64,000 bases of DNA from Candidatus Omnitrophota bacterium (GCA_018817585.1 JAHITE010000081.1:68549-132548), one strand, 5' to 3'; numbered from the stretch's first letter, positions 36,878 through 47,246 are shown. Notes: generated by a model not told the origin, from the letters alone. Numbers and translations are program-made.

Positions 36878-39716
36878 TTTTAATGCTCAGCATATCTAAA
36901 CTCAGCATAATTTTCTGTCGCAAAGTATTATTTTTCAATATATCTATTTTTAACTGATTATAGGCATTAATACAAGCCTTAATATTATTTTTACTGATTG
37001 GATGATTACTGTATCGTGACTTTTCAAATTCCCGGGTTATCTCCTGAAGCGCTGGTTCAGATAAATTGTATTTTTTAGCAACAATCGCGCTGATTTCCTG
37101 CGGAGTTAAAAACTCATGCGAAATTACCCCTATTTTCTTAAATACAAACAAAAGATTATAAAATAAATAAATACTGATTCTGTTTAATTTAAATATTAAA
37201 TAATAACGCAGCTTTAAATCTCGAAAGATTTTCCTAAAAACACAGAAAATTAAATAAAAAACTGCCCAGCAAATTCCGCCACAAAATAATACGGCAAAAA
37301 ATACAAATAAATGCCAAAAGAAATTATTATTTAAACTCGTGCCATCCAACTGTTTGACTAAGATCTCGGGTTCTTCCTGTTTAGTTTTTTTCTTCACTTT
37401 ATGTTTATTCTGATTAGCTTGTTTAGACTGTTCATTATTAGGTAAAGTCACAAACTCTTTTTTTTGCTTATTACCTTTCGCGATTAAAGCGATTCGTTTT
37501 CTGAATTCTGATAATGGTTTGTTCTCAAATCTAAACAAATAATTGGTTATGGTTAGATTTTTTGGATCTTTTTCTGTTTTCTTTTCCTTTGCCGATTCAC
37601 TTCCCCCCGGGCTATGCCCCTCCCCCCCCGCGCCAGTACCTTCCCCGGCCACTCCATCAGAGGAACCTTGCCCAGCTGATTCCTTAGCCCCGTCAGTTCC
37701 TGATTCTCCGCCACCATTACCACCCGAACCCGCTTGATTTGACTGTCCACCAGAGCTGCCTGATCCGCCTGAGCCAGAATCTCCTTTGCCTTCTCCGCTG
37801 TTGCCTCCTGAACCTGATGATTTTCCTTGAGTCCCGCTTTTTCCTCCTCCAGATCCCGATCCATCAAGATTAGTGCCCCCTCCAGCTCCTTTAGAATCAC
37901 CTTTTCCATCATTGACTTCTTTTTGTTCCGAACCATTATTTTGATCTAAGTCAGGAGGAGAAGTTTTTTGTTTAGCTCCTTCATTATCTTCGCTATCTTT
38001 AAATTTATCGGATTGTTCATTAGCCTGATCCGATTCATCTCCAGATTCAAAAAATTCACTGCTTTTATTTTGAAAACTATCTGCTGAATCGTTTTTTTCA
38101 TCTGACTCTGATCGCTGATCTGATGGATCATTACCGCTGTTGGCTTGATTATCATTTGCCTTATTTTCAGATTGATTATCACCAGAAAGCCCGGTTTTGC
38201 TGTCTGTTTGCCCTGTTTTGTCATCTCCGGGATACAATGGAGAATCTTGTTTTTGGCCTTGTTCGCCTTCAGCATCTTTACCTGGTTCTTGACCACTTTC
38301 CCCAATATCCTGATCATTGGTTTCACCTATTCCTTGTCCTGATTCTTCTCTGACTTCACCTTCTACACTACCAGCCTCACCTTCACCTGTACCTTTCTCT
38401 CCAAATCCCGTCCCATCACCGACTCCATCATCACCTTCACCTATTCCTTCTTTTCCCTCGCCAGCCCCCTGATCACCGGAATCATTACCTTGGCTGTTAG
38501 CTTTTTCATTATCTTTATTTTTCGCTGAACCTTGTTTTTCTAAAGTCCGCATATCCGCGGTTCGGCCTTGATTTTGCTTAAGTTCATTATTTAAGCGGCT
38601 CAGCTCCTGCAAATCTTTTTTAATTTGCTCTCCAATTTCTTTAGCCTTCCCTGCCTGCAACGGATCATCTTTTCCTAAAAAACTGATTAAATTATATAAT
38701 TTTTTTTGTTTAGCAATCTTTGCTTTTAGATCTTTTATCTGGGTTTTAAGTTTAGATTCAAGGTTTTCTGCTGCTTTGCTTATTATTTCATTTTCATCTT
38801 CCGGACTAATATCCATCCCTTCGGAAACCAGGCCTTTTTGATTATTACCGTCTTTAATCTTGGTCTCAATTATTTCCTCTTTTTTCTTATCTTTGATAAT
38901 TAACGGCTGCTTCCATTTATTATTTTTAAAAAGCATTAAGTTTTCAGCTTTTTCCGGCTTGATAAAAAGCGAGCGCAAATAAGGCACAACTTCAGCTTGA
39001 CTAAGCTCTTTTTCTCCGCCTTGATACGGCATCATTAACCGCAAATTGCTTTTTGGTTTGAGTTTGAAATCAACTAAAGAAGCTCTGCCCCAGTCTAAAT
39101 CCAGCTGAAAAGAATACTTAGGCACAATAAAAAAAACAATTGTGCCAATACCCACTATCAACAAAGAAATTATAAAAGACAAAATAAATCTTCGGGTAAT
39201 GCTGACATTGCTAATCACATATTGACTAGCTTGATTTTCCGAAGAAGCGCTGATTTGAGTTATCTGCAGCAGCAAAACAGTAACAAATAAACCTAATCCA
39301 AAAAGCGCTACTTGATAACGCGGATGAATAATAAACGGCAGACAAGCGGAAAAAATTGTTATAAAAATGCATTCAAAATGAACCAAACTAAGCGCGGACG
39401 GATTTTCGATTATAAAACATCCGGCAATAATCAAGAGGATAAACACTCTGATCAGATTGGGTAATGCCGATTGCTGCAAAGTGAATTTCCAGAAAAAAAC
39501 CGGCAAAGCTATCAACAATATCCAGCCAAACAGCTTGCGCAGATTTTTTTTAAGCTCAAAGCTTACCTGAGAACTAAAGGTAATCCCCAAGGCGCAAGCA
39601 ATGCAAAATATTGCCAAATAAATTTTACCAATCAATGGCTCTGCTGATAATCCAGCGCAGGCGCATAAAATAAAGGTAAACAAAAAATATAAAGATTTGA
39701 TTCGATTATCATTCAT
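36855..39716 (-). CDS. DUF3488/DUF4129-family membrane protein (MoxR-operon third gene) with a roughly 350-aa acidic Gly/Ser-rich low-complexity insert
   Basis: 953 aa. N-terminal polytopic region of about 230 aa. Coiled region, then D/E/G/S/N/Q-rich disorder (GEGKEGIGEGDDGVGDG...GSGSGGGKSGTQGKSSGSGG). A late TM helix and a C-terminal DUF4129-like segment (FLTPQEISAIVAKKYNLSEPALQEITREFEKSRYS). No obvious transglutaminase Cys-His-Asp core. Overlaps trxB by 23 bp. Confidence 0.6.
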   Translation of the reverse strand: MNDNRIKSLYFLFTFILCACAGLSAEPLIGKIYLAIFCIACALGITFSSQVSFELKKNLRKLFGWILLIALPVFFWKFTLQQSALPNLIRVFILLIIAGCFIIENPSALSLVHFECIFITIFSACLPFIIHPRYQVALFGLGLFVTVLLLQITQISASSENQASQYVISNVSITRRFILSFIISLLIVGIGTIVFFIVPKYSFQLDLDWGRASLVDFKLKPKSNLRLMMPYQGGEKELSQAEVVPYLRSLFIKPEKAENLMLFKNNKWKQPLIIKDKKKEEIIETKIKDGNNQKGLVSEGMDISPEDENEIISKAAENLESKLKTQIKDLKAKIAKQKKLYNLISFLGKDDPLQAGKAKEIGEQIKKDLQELSRLNNELKQNQGRTADMRTLEKQGSAKNKDNEKANSQGNDSGDQGAGEGKEGIGEGDDGVGDGTGFGEKGTGEGEAGSVEGEVREESGQGIGETNDQDIGESGQEPGKDAEGEQGQKQDSPLYPGDDKTGQTDSKTGLSGDNQSENKANDNQANSGNDPSDQRSESDEKNDSADSFQNKSSEFFESGDESDQANEQSDKFKDSEDNEGAKQKTSPPDLDQNNGSEQKEVNDGKGDSKGAGGGTNLDGSGSGGGKSGTQGKSSGSGGNSGEGKGDSGSGGSGSSGGQSNQAGSGGNGGGESGTDGAKESAGQGSSDGVAGEGTGAGGEGHSPGGSESAKEKKTEKDPKNLTITNYLFRFENKPLSEFRKRIALIAKGNKQKKEFVTLPNNEQSKQANQNKHKVKKKTKQEEPEILVKQLDGTSLNNNFFWHLFVFFAVLFCGGICWAVFYLIFCVFRKIFRDLKLRYYLIFKLNRISIYLFYNLLFVFKKIGVISHEFLTPQEISAIVAKKYNLSEPALQEITREFEKSRYSNHPISKNNIKACINAYNQLKIDILKNNTLRQKIMLSLDMLSIKSGGNHDL
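37556..38600. repeat. low-complexity coding DNA (GAT/GGN/AGY-rich codons) encoding the disordered insert
   Basis: Biased composition is visible in the sequence. It generates the nested spurious ORFs 37543..37737(+), 37553..37936(-), 37946..38326(-), 38123..38353(+) and 38145..38342(+). Confidence 0.6.
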
Positions 39717-39718
39717 AA

Positions 39719-40945
39719 TTATCTCATAAAATGCGTTTTTAAATCATCATTACAATTAATCACATAGACCTGGGAACTAATCTGATTAAATACGTTTTTA
39801 ATCTGACGAGCTTTTTGGCTGAAAATTTCTTTTGCCGGCTTATCTACGGCAAAGGAAACAGAATTTAAAACTATCGGAATAATTCCAATGTTTTTTTGGA
39901 TTTTTAAATAACTAAGGAATTTAAGCAAACCCTGGTCAAAATTATTTGAGGCAATAATCAAACTTGAACTGTTCGGCAGAAGCCATTGATACTTGGCCAG
40001 CAATGTATGCGAATTTATCAGCCCGTCTGAATCAATCACTGCCAGCTTATCAAGAATTTTATAATAATGATTTTTTCCTTTACTTATATTTATCCGCAAA
40101 GGAGTCTTGGTATTAGCCAGGAAGCCAAAAGACGCGTTTTTAAACATCAGATATTTTGTTAAAGAAGCAATTATCTTAATCGCGTATTCAAAAGTATTAT
40201 TTTTCCCAAAGCCAACACTATTGGCTTTGCAGCAATCAAGCACCAGCATTGCCTTCCACTGCGAACTTTGTTCGAAATGTTTGACCATTAGTTCCGAGGC
40301 TCTGGCAGTCGAGCGCCAATGAATTCTCCGCCAGCCGTCTTCCTGCTGATATTCTCTAATTCCGTAAAACTCCTCATAATTCCCACTGATCCGGGTGGTT
40401 TGTTCTCCAAACCGCGGAGCTAAATGCCCAAGAATAAACGGCAAGTTATAGACTTGAAAAATACTGGGATAAACCACCAAAGAAGAATACACATAAATTT
40501 CCTTTTGCATATAAAACAAGCCCAACGGATCGAAGATCTTAGCCTTAAACGGCCCGATTTTATAGCAGCCGCGCTTATAGCAGAATTCCTGATAAGCGAA
40601 TTGGATTTTGCCTTTAGAAATTCCGTTGAGATAAATTGTTTTCGGTTTATAATTAGGCCCGCCAGCGGTGAAGACATCTTCTATTTCCATTGATTGATCC
40701 AGCAAAGCAAACCGGCTGCGCAGTTTTATTCGCACGGAAATCAATTCCCCTTCATGAGCCTGAGGCGGCATTTCTCTTTGAATTTCCAAATTGAATAAAA
40801 GGAATTTTGAGAAAATAAAACTAAGGATTATCAGCCCGATACAAGCGGAAAAAGCAAAATAAAGCAGCACCAGATTACTTGCCCAGGCTCCAATCAAAAG
40901 CAGCAAAGAAAAACAGAATACAAATATTGCTCTTTTTGTCGGCAT
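39719..40945 (-). CDS. DUF58 domain protein (vWA-like, MoxR-associated)
   Basis: 408 aa. N-terminal TM pair. Sits between the MoxR ATPase and the DUF4129 protein, the canonical three-gene arrangement. Confidence 0.7.
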   Translation of the reverse strand: MPTKRAIFVFCFSLLLLIGAWASNLVLLYFAFSACIGLIILSFIFSKFLLFNLEIQREMPPQAHEGELISVRIKLRSRFALLDQSMEIEDVFTAGGPNYKPKTIYLNGISKGKIQFAYQEFCYKRGCYKIGPFKAKIFDPLGLFYMQKEIYVYSSLVVYPSIFQVYNLPFILGHLAPRFGEQTTRISGNYEEFYGIREYQQEDGWRRIHWRSTARASELMVKHFEQSSQWKAMLVLDCCKANSVGFGKNNTFEYAIKIIASLTKYLMFKNASFGFLANTKTPLRINISKGKNHYYKILDKLAVIDSDGLINSHTLLAKYQWLLPNSSSLIIASNNFDQGLLKFLSYLKIQKNIGIIPIVLNSVSFAVDKPAKEIFSQKARQIKNVFNQISSQVYVINCNDDLKTHFMR

Positions 40946-40953
40946 AATTATCC

Positions 40954-41886
40954 TTAAAGCGGAACAGCAACGCTGCGCAAAACCTCGGTAATAACTTTTT
41001 GCTTGGTAATCCCTTCTACTTGAGCTTCGGTCTTTAAAACAATCCGATGCCCTAAAGTAAAAAAAGCCATTCTCTTCACATCATCCGGAATAACAAAATC
41101 GCGGTCATTAATCAACGCGATTGCCCGACTGGCCTGCATTAGAGCCAAAGAACCGCGCGGACTCGCCCCTAATAAAATATCTGGGTGAAGCCGAGTTGCC
41201 CGAACAATTGTAGTAATAAAACTCATTATTTCCGGAGAGATATGGACTGTAGTTACTTTTTCCTGTAATAATTTAATTTGCCCTAAATCAACTACGCTTT
41301 TAATGTTTTCAATTGGGTGATTTTTAACCTGACGCTCAACAATCAGATTTTCCTCTTCGGCACTAGGATAGCCAATACTGATGCATAAAAGAAATCGATC
41401 CATCTGGGCCTCCGGCAAAGGATATGTGCCTTGAAATTCAATCGGGTTTTCCGTGGCAATAACAAAAAAAGGATCCGGTACAGGATAACTTACTCCGTCA
41501 ATAGTCACCTTACCTTCCTGCATACATTCCAGCAAACCGGACTGAGTGCGGGGAGTTGTCCGGTTAATTTCATCAGCCAAAACAATATTAGCAAATATCG
41601 GCCCAGGCCGTGGTTCAAACTCCTGAGTCTTTTGATTGTAAATTGAAACTCCCGTAATATCCGAGGGTAAAATATCCGGAGTAAACTGAAGCCGTTTAAA
41701 ATCAGCATTTATCGACAAGGCGATCGCCCGGGCTAACATTGTTTTACCCAGGCCAGGAACATCCTCAATTAAAATATGGCCGCGGCTGATTAAAGTTGCC
41801 AGACAAAGTTCAACTGCCTGCCTTTTTCCCACAATAACTTTTTCAATATTGGCAATCAATTTACTTATTATTTCTTTTGATTCCAT
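40954..41886 (-). CDS. MoxR-family AAA+ ATPase
   Basis: 310 aa. Walker A GVPGLGKTMLARA, Walker B ILADEINR and the MoxR C-terminal lid. Confidence 0.85.
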   Translation of the reverse strand: MESKEIISKLIANIEKVIVGKRQAVELCLATLISRGHILIEDVPGLGKTMLARAIALSINADFKRLQFTPDILPSDITGVSIYNQKTQEFEPRPGPIFANIVLADEINRTTPRTQSGLLECMQEGKVTIDGVSYPVPDPFFVIATENPIEFQGTYPLPEAQMDRFLLCISIGYPSAEEENLIVERQVKNHPIENIKSVVDLGQIKLLQEKVTTVHISPEIMSFITTIVRATRLHPDILLGASPRGSLALMQASRAIALINDRDFVIPDDVKRMAFFTLGHRIVLKTEAQVEGITKQKVITEVLRSVAVPL

Positions 41887-41908
41887 TTAAACTCCTTTTT
41901 TTATTAAC

Positions 41909-43066
41909 TCAAATTGCTTGTTTTAAACTAGCGACAACATATTCAACTTGCTGATTGTTCAGATTTGAATGCATCGGCAAACAAAGAACTCTTTCTGATA
42001 CTGATTCCGCGATCGGAAAATCATTTTTTTTATGCCCCAGCGATTTATAAGCAGCTTGTAAATGCAACGGGCGATGATAAACAATTCCCGTGCCAATATT
42101 TTTTGCTGCCAGGTTTTTCTGCGCTTGATTTCGGTTTTTAAGTAAAACAGGATATATATGAAAAACATGTTTATAGTTTTCCATTTCCCAAGGGATTGTA
42201 ATTTGCGAACAGTCTTTTAATAGTTGTGAATAAAGCTGAGCGCTTTTTCTTCTTGCCGCGTTCCAGATTTCTAACAGCTTTAGTTTTTCTCTAAGGATAA
42301 CTGCCTGCAAAGAATCCAAACGGGAATTATAACCAATTAAAAAGTGGAGATAACGATTTTTCCCTTTTCTGCCTTGATCGCGGAGCATATGCAATTTTTC
42401 ATAAATCCGTTTATCATTAGTTAAAATCAAACCGCCATCACCGCAGCCGCCAAGATTCTTAGTGGGATAAAAACTAAAACAGCCAATATCGCCGATAACC
42501 CCGACTTTTTGCCATTGATTTTTCTTATTTTTAATTGCCGCGGCATGCGCCTGGGCCGCGTCTTCAATTACTTTAAGCTTATGCGCTTTGGCAATGCGCA
42601 TGATTTCCGGCATATTTGCCGGCTGGCCATAAAGATGCACGGCAATAATCGCCTTAGTTTTTTGATTTATCTTTTTTTCAATTTTAGTTGGATCAAGATT
42701 ATAGGTTCTCGGGTCAATATCAACAAAAACTGGTTTCGCGCCGGTATAAGATATGCTCAGCGCTGTAGCAATATAAGTATACACTGGACAAATCACTTCA
42801 TCCCCCGGGCCAATACCCAAACTTAATAAGCTTAAAAACAAAGCATCAGTTCCAGAGTTAACACCTAAAGCAAATTTCCCATTACAAAAAGCGGCAAAAT
42901 CCTGCTCAAAGCCCTTAACCTCAGCTCCCAGAATAAAATCACCGGCTTGCATAACTTTTTTTAAACCAGCCAATGACTGGCGCATCAACTGAGCATTTTG
43001 CGATTTCACATCAATAAACGGCACATTCATTTCATATTCTCCTTGATTAATTATCAAACAAACCAA
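41909..43066 (-). CDS. DegT/DnrJ/EryC1/StrS-family PLP-dependent sugar aminotransferase
   Basis: 385 aa. Family layout with the PLP lysine context (FSFYPTKNLG). The true start may be the internal Met (MNVPFID, about 43030). Confidence 0.8.
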   Translation of the reverse strand: MVCLIINQGEYEMNVPFIDVKSQNAQLMRQSLAGLKKVMQAGDFILGAEVKGFEQDFAAFCNGKFALGVNSGTDALFLSLLSLGIGPGDEVICPVYTYIATALSISYTGAKPVFVDIDPRTYNLDPTKIEKKINQKTKAIIAVHLYGQPANMPEIMRIAKAHKLKVIEDAAQAHAAAIKNKKNQWQKVGVIGDIGCFSFYPTKNLGGCGDGGLILTNDKRIYEKLHMLRDQGRKGKNRYLHFLIGYNSRLDSLQAVILREKLKLLEIWNAARRKSAQLYSQLLKDCSQITIPWEMENYKHVFHIYPVLLKNRNQAQKNLAAKNIGTGIVYHRPLHLQAAYKSLGHKKNDFPIAESVSERVLCLPMHSNLNNQQVEYVVASLKQAI

Positions 43067-43086
43067 TATTTTTCAATAAAATTTCA

Positions 43087-44166
43087 TTAGGAACTTAGCC
43101 CAATTATTGTTTTTTCTACTATTGCTAAAACTTTTTGTTTATCCAAAGATTGCAAACAATTCATGGTTGGACACTCTGGTTTTTGGAAATTTTGATAACA
43201 AGGCCGGCAATCAATATCCGCGCAAACAATATTATGTAATTTTTCATCGCCTATCGGGCCATAAACATTTTCATCAACCGGCCCATAAATCGAAACAGTA
43301 TTCCGATTCAACGCGCAGGCAATGTGCAATGGCCCGCTGTCATTAGAAATAAATAATTTGCATTTACTGATCAAAGCTGCTAACTGCCCCAAGCTTGTCT
43401 GTCCGGCACAATTTATCACCTCTGTTTTGCCTGCGATCCTATTAAAAACTTTGGTTTTGGCTAAATCTTTTTTAGTGCCAAACAAGAGAATCTTTAGCTT
43501 ATGCTTTCTAATTATCTGCTCTACGACAAAAGCATATGATTCAATCGGCCATTGTTTATTTTCCGCGGCTACTCCCCAACTCAAACCGCCAAAAGGAGCA
43601 AGCCCGACGAGAACATCTAGCTTTGCGATATTATGCGCTTTTAAAAAATTAACTGCCCAGCGCTGGTCTTCTGCTGAGAGATAAAGACTCAAATCGCGCT
43701 TAAAATTTTCAACCCCAAGCTTAGTTAATAAATCAGCATAATAATCAACCACATGCTTTTCCACAAAAGTCTGAACGCTGATTTTATCAGTTAAGAATCG
43801 TCCCCTTTTTTTATAATCAAACCCATAACGCTTGGGCACACCCAAAAGCCATAATACTAAACTATACTGCATTACCATAGATAGATCAACAACCAGATCA
43901 AACTTCTGTTTACGAATTATTAAGATTGCCTGAATAAAAGCTGTTAAGTATTTTAAAAATGATTCGCGTCGTATTTTCTTAAAATCACCTCGACTAAAAA
44001 AAAATAACTTATCGATTTTTGGATTATTTTCCAGGAGCGGAGCTGCTGCCTGATTACATAAATAAGCGATAAAACTATCCGGGTATTTTCCCCTTAGAGC
44101 GGAAATAACCGGAGTGGAAAATAAAACATCCCCAATCCCAAAAGGATTGATAATTAAAATTCTCAT
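43087..44166 (-). CDS. glycosyltransferase family 9 (LPS heptosyltransferase-like)
   Basis: 359 aa. MRILIINPFGIGDVLFSTPVISALR N-terminus. C-terminal SNDSGPLHIACAL motif. Confidence 0.75.
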   Translation of the reverse strand: MRILIINPFGIGDVLFSTPVISALRGKYPDSFIAYLCNQAAAPLLENNPKIDKLFFFSRGDFKKIRRESFLKYLTAFIQAILIIRKQKFDLVVDLSMVMQYSLVLWLLGVPKRYGFDYKKRGRFLTDKISVQTFVEKHVVDYYADLLTKLGVENFKRDLSLYLSAEDQRWAVNFLKAHNIAKLDVLVGLAPFGGLSWGVAAENKQWPIESYAFVVEQIIRKHKLKILLFGTKKDLAKTKVFNRIAGKTEVINCAGQTSLGQLAALISKCKLFISNDSGPLHIACALNRNTVSIYGPVDENVYGPIGDEKLHNIVCADIDCRPCYQNFQKPECPTMNCLQSLDKQKVLAIVEKTIIGLSS

Positions 44167-44262
44167 CGCAGAAACCTATCCATAAATTAAATAATCCTAG
44201 AATAACTTTTATAAGCATCTAGCGCGGACAGTTAAACAATCTAACCCTCCCAATATACCTGC

Positions 44263-45354
44263 TTATAAACTCCGAACAATCGCGTTCATATCCACATATT
44301 TATTCACCAAATCAATTACTAAATTTGTTTTTGTCTTATCCTGCGGTTTTATCTTAATCCTCAGATCATGCACCCGGGAAGCAACATTATAAGTATCCTC
44401 TTTGACTAGTAATATGGGGATATCAGTGCATTTTATCAGATTTAAAACCGAAGGATGGGGAGTTATCCCTCCGGTAAGAATTAGTCCGGAAACCGATGGG
44501 CCATTAGCGCCGTGAATCAGATGCATACAGATCGCGGTCAAAATAATATCTTCTCTGTCTCCCGGGGTAATTACCAAACTTTTATCAGTTATATAATCCA
44601 GCGCGGCGTGCGGTTCCATTGCTCCGATTACAATTTTCTCAACCACATTATCCATAAAAGTAGAGCCATAAATAACATTAGCTTTTAATTCTTCCTGAAT
44701 TTGCCCGATCATTGGTTTAGTTAAATCTTTTTCATAAGGAATAACGCCCAGGACTTTTAATCCTTTACGCGCTGATCCTTTGCGCACCAGCTCATTTACT
44801 TTTTTATATTTTTCCGGTAAAACTTTATTAATAATAACCCCCATTATCTCCACGCCTTCCTGATCAAACAAAGCTTTGTTTAACAGGATTTCATCAATCG
44901 GTTTACCAATCCCGCCGGAAGAAATAAGAATTACTTTACTCTTTAATTGTTTGGCCACAAAAGCATTGGATAAATCAAAAACACCGCCCACACCGGCATG
45001 GCCAGTGCCTTCAATGATCACCAATTCATTATGTTTGGCAATCTGCTTATAAGCGTCTTTGATTTTTTTAATCAAACCGCTTTTATGCGGGTGTTTAATA
45101 TATTTTTCCGTAAAACCGCGTTCAACCGCGATCGGACTCATATCTTTAAGCACTGCCTGCATATGGCAAACATGCTCAATCAGAATAGAATCTTCATCAA
45201 TTTTATAGCCTTGCTCAATAAAATAACGCTGGCCAACCGGCTTAATAAATCCAATATTTTTAAATTTTTCTTTTAAACAGTAAATCAAACCAAGACTAAC
45301 AGTTGTTTTCCCGCTGTCCTGGCGGGTTGCGGCAATAAAAACTTTTTTACTCAT
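44263..45354 (-). CDS. DRTGG-domain protein (phosphotransacetylase N-terminal-like; CobQ/BioD-type P-loop)
   Basis: 363 aa. P-loop TRQDSGKTTVSLGL, then a DRTGG-like region (ITPGDREDIILTA...ILTGG). Confidence 0.55.
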   Translation of the reverse strand: MSKKVFIAATRQDSGKTTVSLGLIYCLKEKFKNIGFIKPVGQRYFIEQGYKIDEDSILIEHVCHMQAVLKDMSPIAVERGFTEKYIKHPHKSGLIKKIKDAYKQIAKHNELVIIEGTGHAGVGGVFDLSNAFVAKQLKSKVILISSGGIGKPIDEILLNKALFDQEGVEIMGVIINKVLPEKYKKVNELVRKGSARKGLKVLGVIPYEKDLTKPMIGQIQEELKANVIYGSTFMDNVVEKIVIGAMEPHAALDYITDKSLVITPGDREDIILTAICMHLIHGANGPSVSGLILTGGITPHPSVLNLIKCTDIPILLVKEDTYNVASRVHDLRIKIKPQDKTKTNLVIDLVNKYVDMNAIVRSL

Positions 45355-45369
45355 AATCCTCTTCCGGTT

Positions 45370-46299
45370 TTAAGGTTTTGGCCTATAAGCTGATTCAATC
45401 GCTTTAATCAAATCAGTCAGGATCAGATTTGCCGGAGTAGCAATTCCCAGACTCTTGCCCTGACGGACAATCGCTCCGTTAATCCAATCAATTTCCGTTA
45501 TTTTCCTGTTTAAAATATCCTGAAGCATTGATGAAAGATTGTTTGCCGTTGCTTTGCAAACTGATTCCACTTTTTGAATCGGATCATCATAAATCAGTTT
45601 TATTCTTTTTTTCTTGGCAATTTTAACAGCTTCAGTTACTACCTGAGATAAGATTTCTCTTGTTCCCGGAGACTCAAGCAGCTGCCCATTAGTTAAACGC
45701 GTAAGCGCGCTTAAAGCATTTATCCCCACATTAAGAATCAGCTTGCTCCAGATAATTCCATTAATATCTTTGCTCAGCCGGGTGCTGAAACCTGATTTAT
45801 TAAATATTTCCCGAATGCCGCGCATCGGAACAGTCAAACGCCCGTCAATTTTTCCGATCACGGTTTCACCTTGACCGCCAAACCGAATATGCCCATCTCC
45901 CAATAAAGTCGCGCCATTAGAAGTAACTCCACCCAAAACCCGGTCTTTGCCCACAATCTCAGCAATCATTTCAATATTACCCAAACCATTCTGCAAAGTC
46001 AGAACATTAGTATCTTCCGCGAGTAAGGGTTCAATTTGTTTTATTGCCCCTTCTGTATCATAAGATTTAACGCATAAAATCACGAGATCACTTGGGGGAA
46101 TATCTTTAATCTGGCTGGTAATATTTACTTTTTGGTTAAAGCTCTGCCCCAAGCCTTCAACAATAATCCCCTGATCACTGATTTTTTTTGCCCTTTTGGA
46201 ATCATTGTCCAATAACCAAACTTCGGCTTGTTTTTTTTTGCTAAATAAGGAAGCAAAAAGACATCCCATTGCCCCAGGCCCAACAATAACCACTCGCAT
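45370..46299 (-). CDS. panE: 2-dehydropantoate 2-reductase (ApbA/PanE family)
   Basis: 309 aa. N-terminal Rossmann MRVVIVGPGAMGCLFA and the ApbA C-terminal domain. Confidence 0.7.
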   Translation of the reverse strand: MRVVIVGPGAMGCLFASLFSKKKQAEVWLLDNDSKRAKKISDQGIIVEGLGQSFNQKVNITSQIKDIPPSDLVILCVKSYDTEGAIKQIEPLLAEDTNVLTLQNGLGNIEMIAEIVGKDRVLGGVTSNGATLLGDGHIRFGGQGETVIGKIDGRLTVPMRGIREIFNKSGFSTRLSKDINGIIWSKLILNVGINALSALTRLTNGQLLESPGTREILSQVVTEAVKIAKKKRIKLIYDDPIQKVESVCKATANNLSSMLQDILNRKITEIDWINGAIVRQGKSLGIATPANLILTDLIKAIESAYRPKP

Positions 46300-46366
46300 A
46301 GTTTACCTTCAATTAAATCTGATAACTTGTAGTTAACATCGCCTTTGCTCAAAAAAATAGACTTAG

Positions 46367-47203
46367 TTAAAGATCGTTTAATTCCTCTGGCTTGATTGTA
46401 AATGAATGCTGCTTGTCGGGAAATTTTTCCTCATTTACTTCTTGAACAAATTCCGAAATTGCCTTTTTAATAATCGCGCTCAGATCAGCATATTTTTTCA
46501 CAAATTTCGGCGTAAACCGCTGATTTAAACCCAGCAAATCAGGGGTGACCAAGACTTGGCCGTCACATTTTGGACCAGCTCCGATCCCAATGGTCGGAAT
46601 TGATAATCTTTGGGTTATCAAGGCTGCCAAAGCATCAGGAATGCATTCAAATACAATACTGAAACAACCGGCTTTTTCCAAAGCCAGAGCGTTTTCTAAA
46701 ATTTGTTTTGCGGCATTGGCATCTTTTCCCTGGACTTTAAACCCACCCAAAGCACCCGCAGTCTGGGGAGTCAACCCAATATGCCCCATAACCGGAATCC
46801 CTGCCTCAACCACTGCTTTGACCATTTGCAGGATTCTGGAATTAGCGCCTTCGAGTTTTATTGCGTCAGCGCCAGCCTGCTTTAAAAACCTTCCGGCATT
46901 GATAATTGTCTGTTCAATGCTCACATTATAGGACATAAACGGCATATCCGCGACCAGCAAAGCTTTTTTAATTCCGTTTTTCACTGCCTGGGTATGATGC
47001 AGCATCTGCTCCATGGTCACACTGATCGTTGAATCCTGACCTAAAACCACATTGCCCAAAGAATCACCAACAAGCACAATATCAATCCCAATATCATCAA
47101 GCAAACAAGCCATAGGATAATCATAGGCAGTGAGCATGGATATTTTTTGGTTCTGCGCTTTCTTCTTTATAATATCTAAAACCGTTAGTTTGTTTTTTTT
47201 CAT
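46367..47203 (-). CDS. panB: 3-methyl-2-oxobutanoate hydroxymethyltransferase
   Basis: 278 aa. KISMLTAYDYPMACLLDDIGIDIVLVGDSLGNVVLG..., the PanB signature. Confidence 0.85.
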   Translation of the reverse strand: MKKNKLTVLDIIKKKAQNQKISMLTAYDYPMACLLDDIGIDIVLVGDSLGNVVLGQDSTISVTMEQMLHHTQAVKNGIKKALLVADMPFMSYNVSIEQTIINAGRFLKQAGADAIKLEGANSRILQMVKAVVEAGIPVMGHIGLTPQTAGALGGFKVQGKDANAAKQILENALALEKAGCFSIVFECIPDALAALITQRLSIPTIGIGAGPKCDGQVLVTPDLLGLNQRFTPKFVKKYADLSAIIKKAISEFVQEVNEEKFPDKQHSFTIKPEELNDL

Positions 47204-47246
47204 AACATTTTTCCTTTCAACAGTATAGCAAAAATGCGTTTTTATT

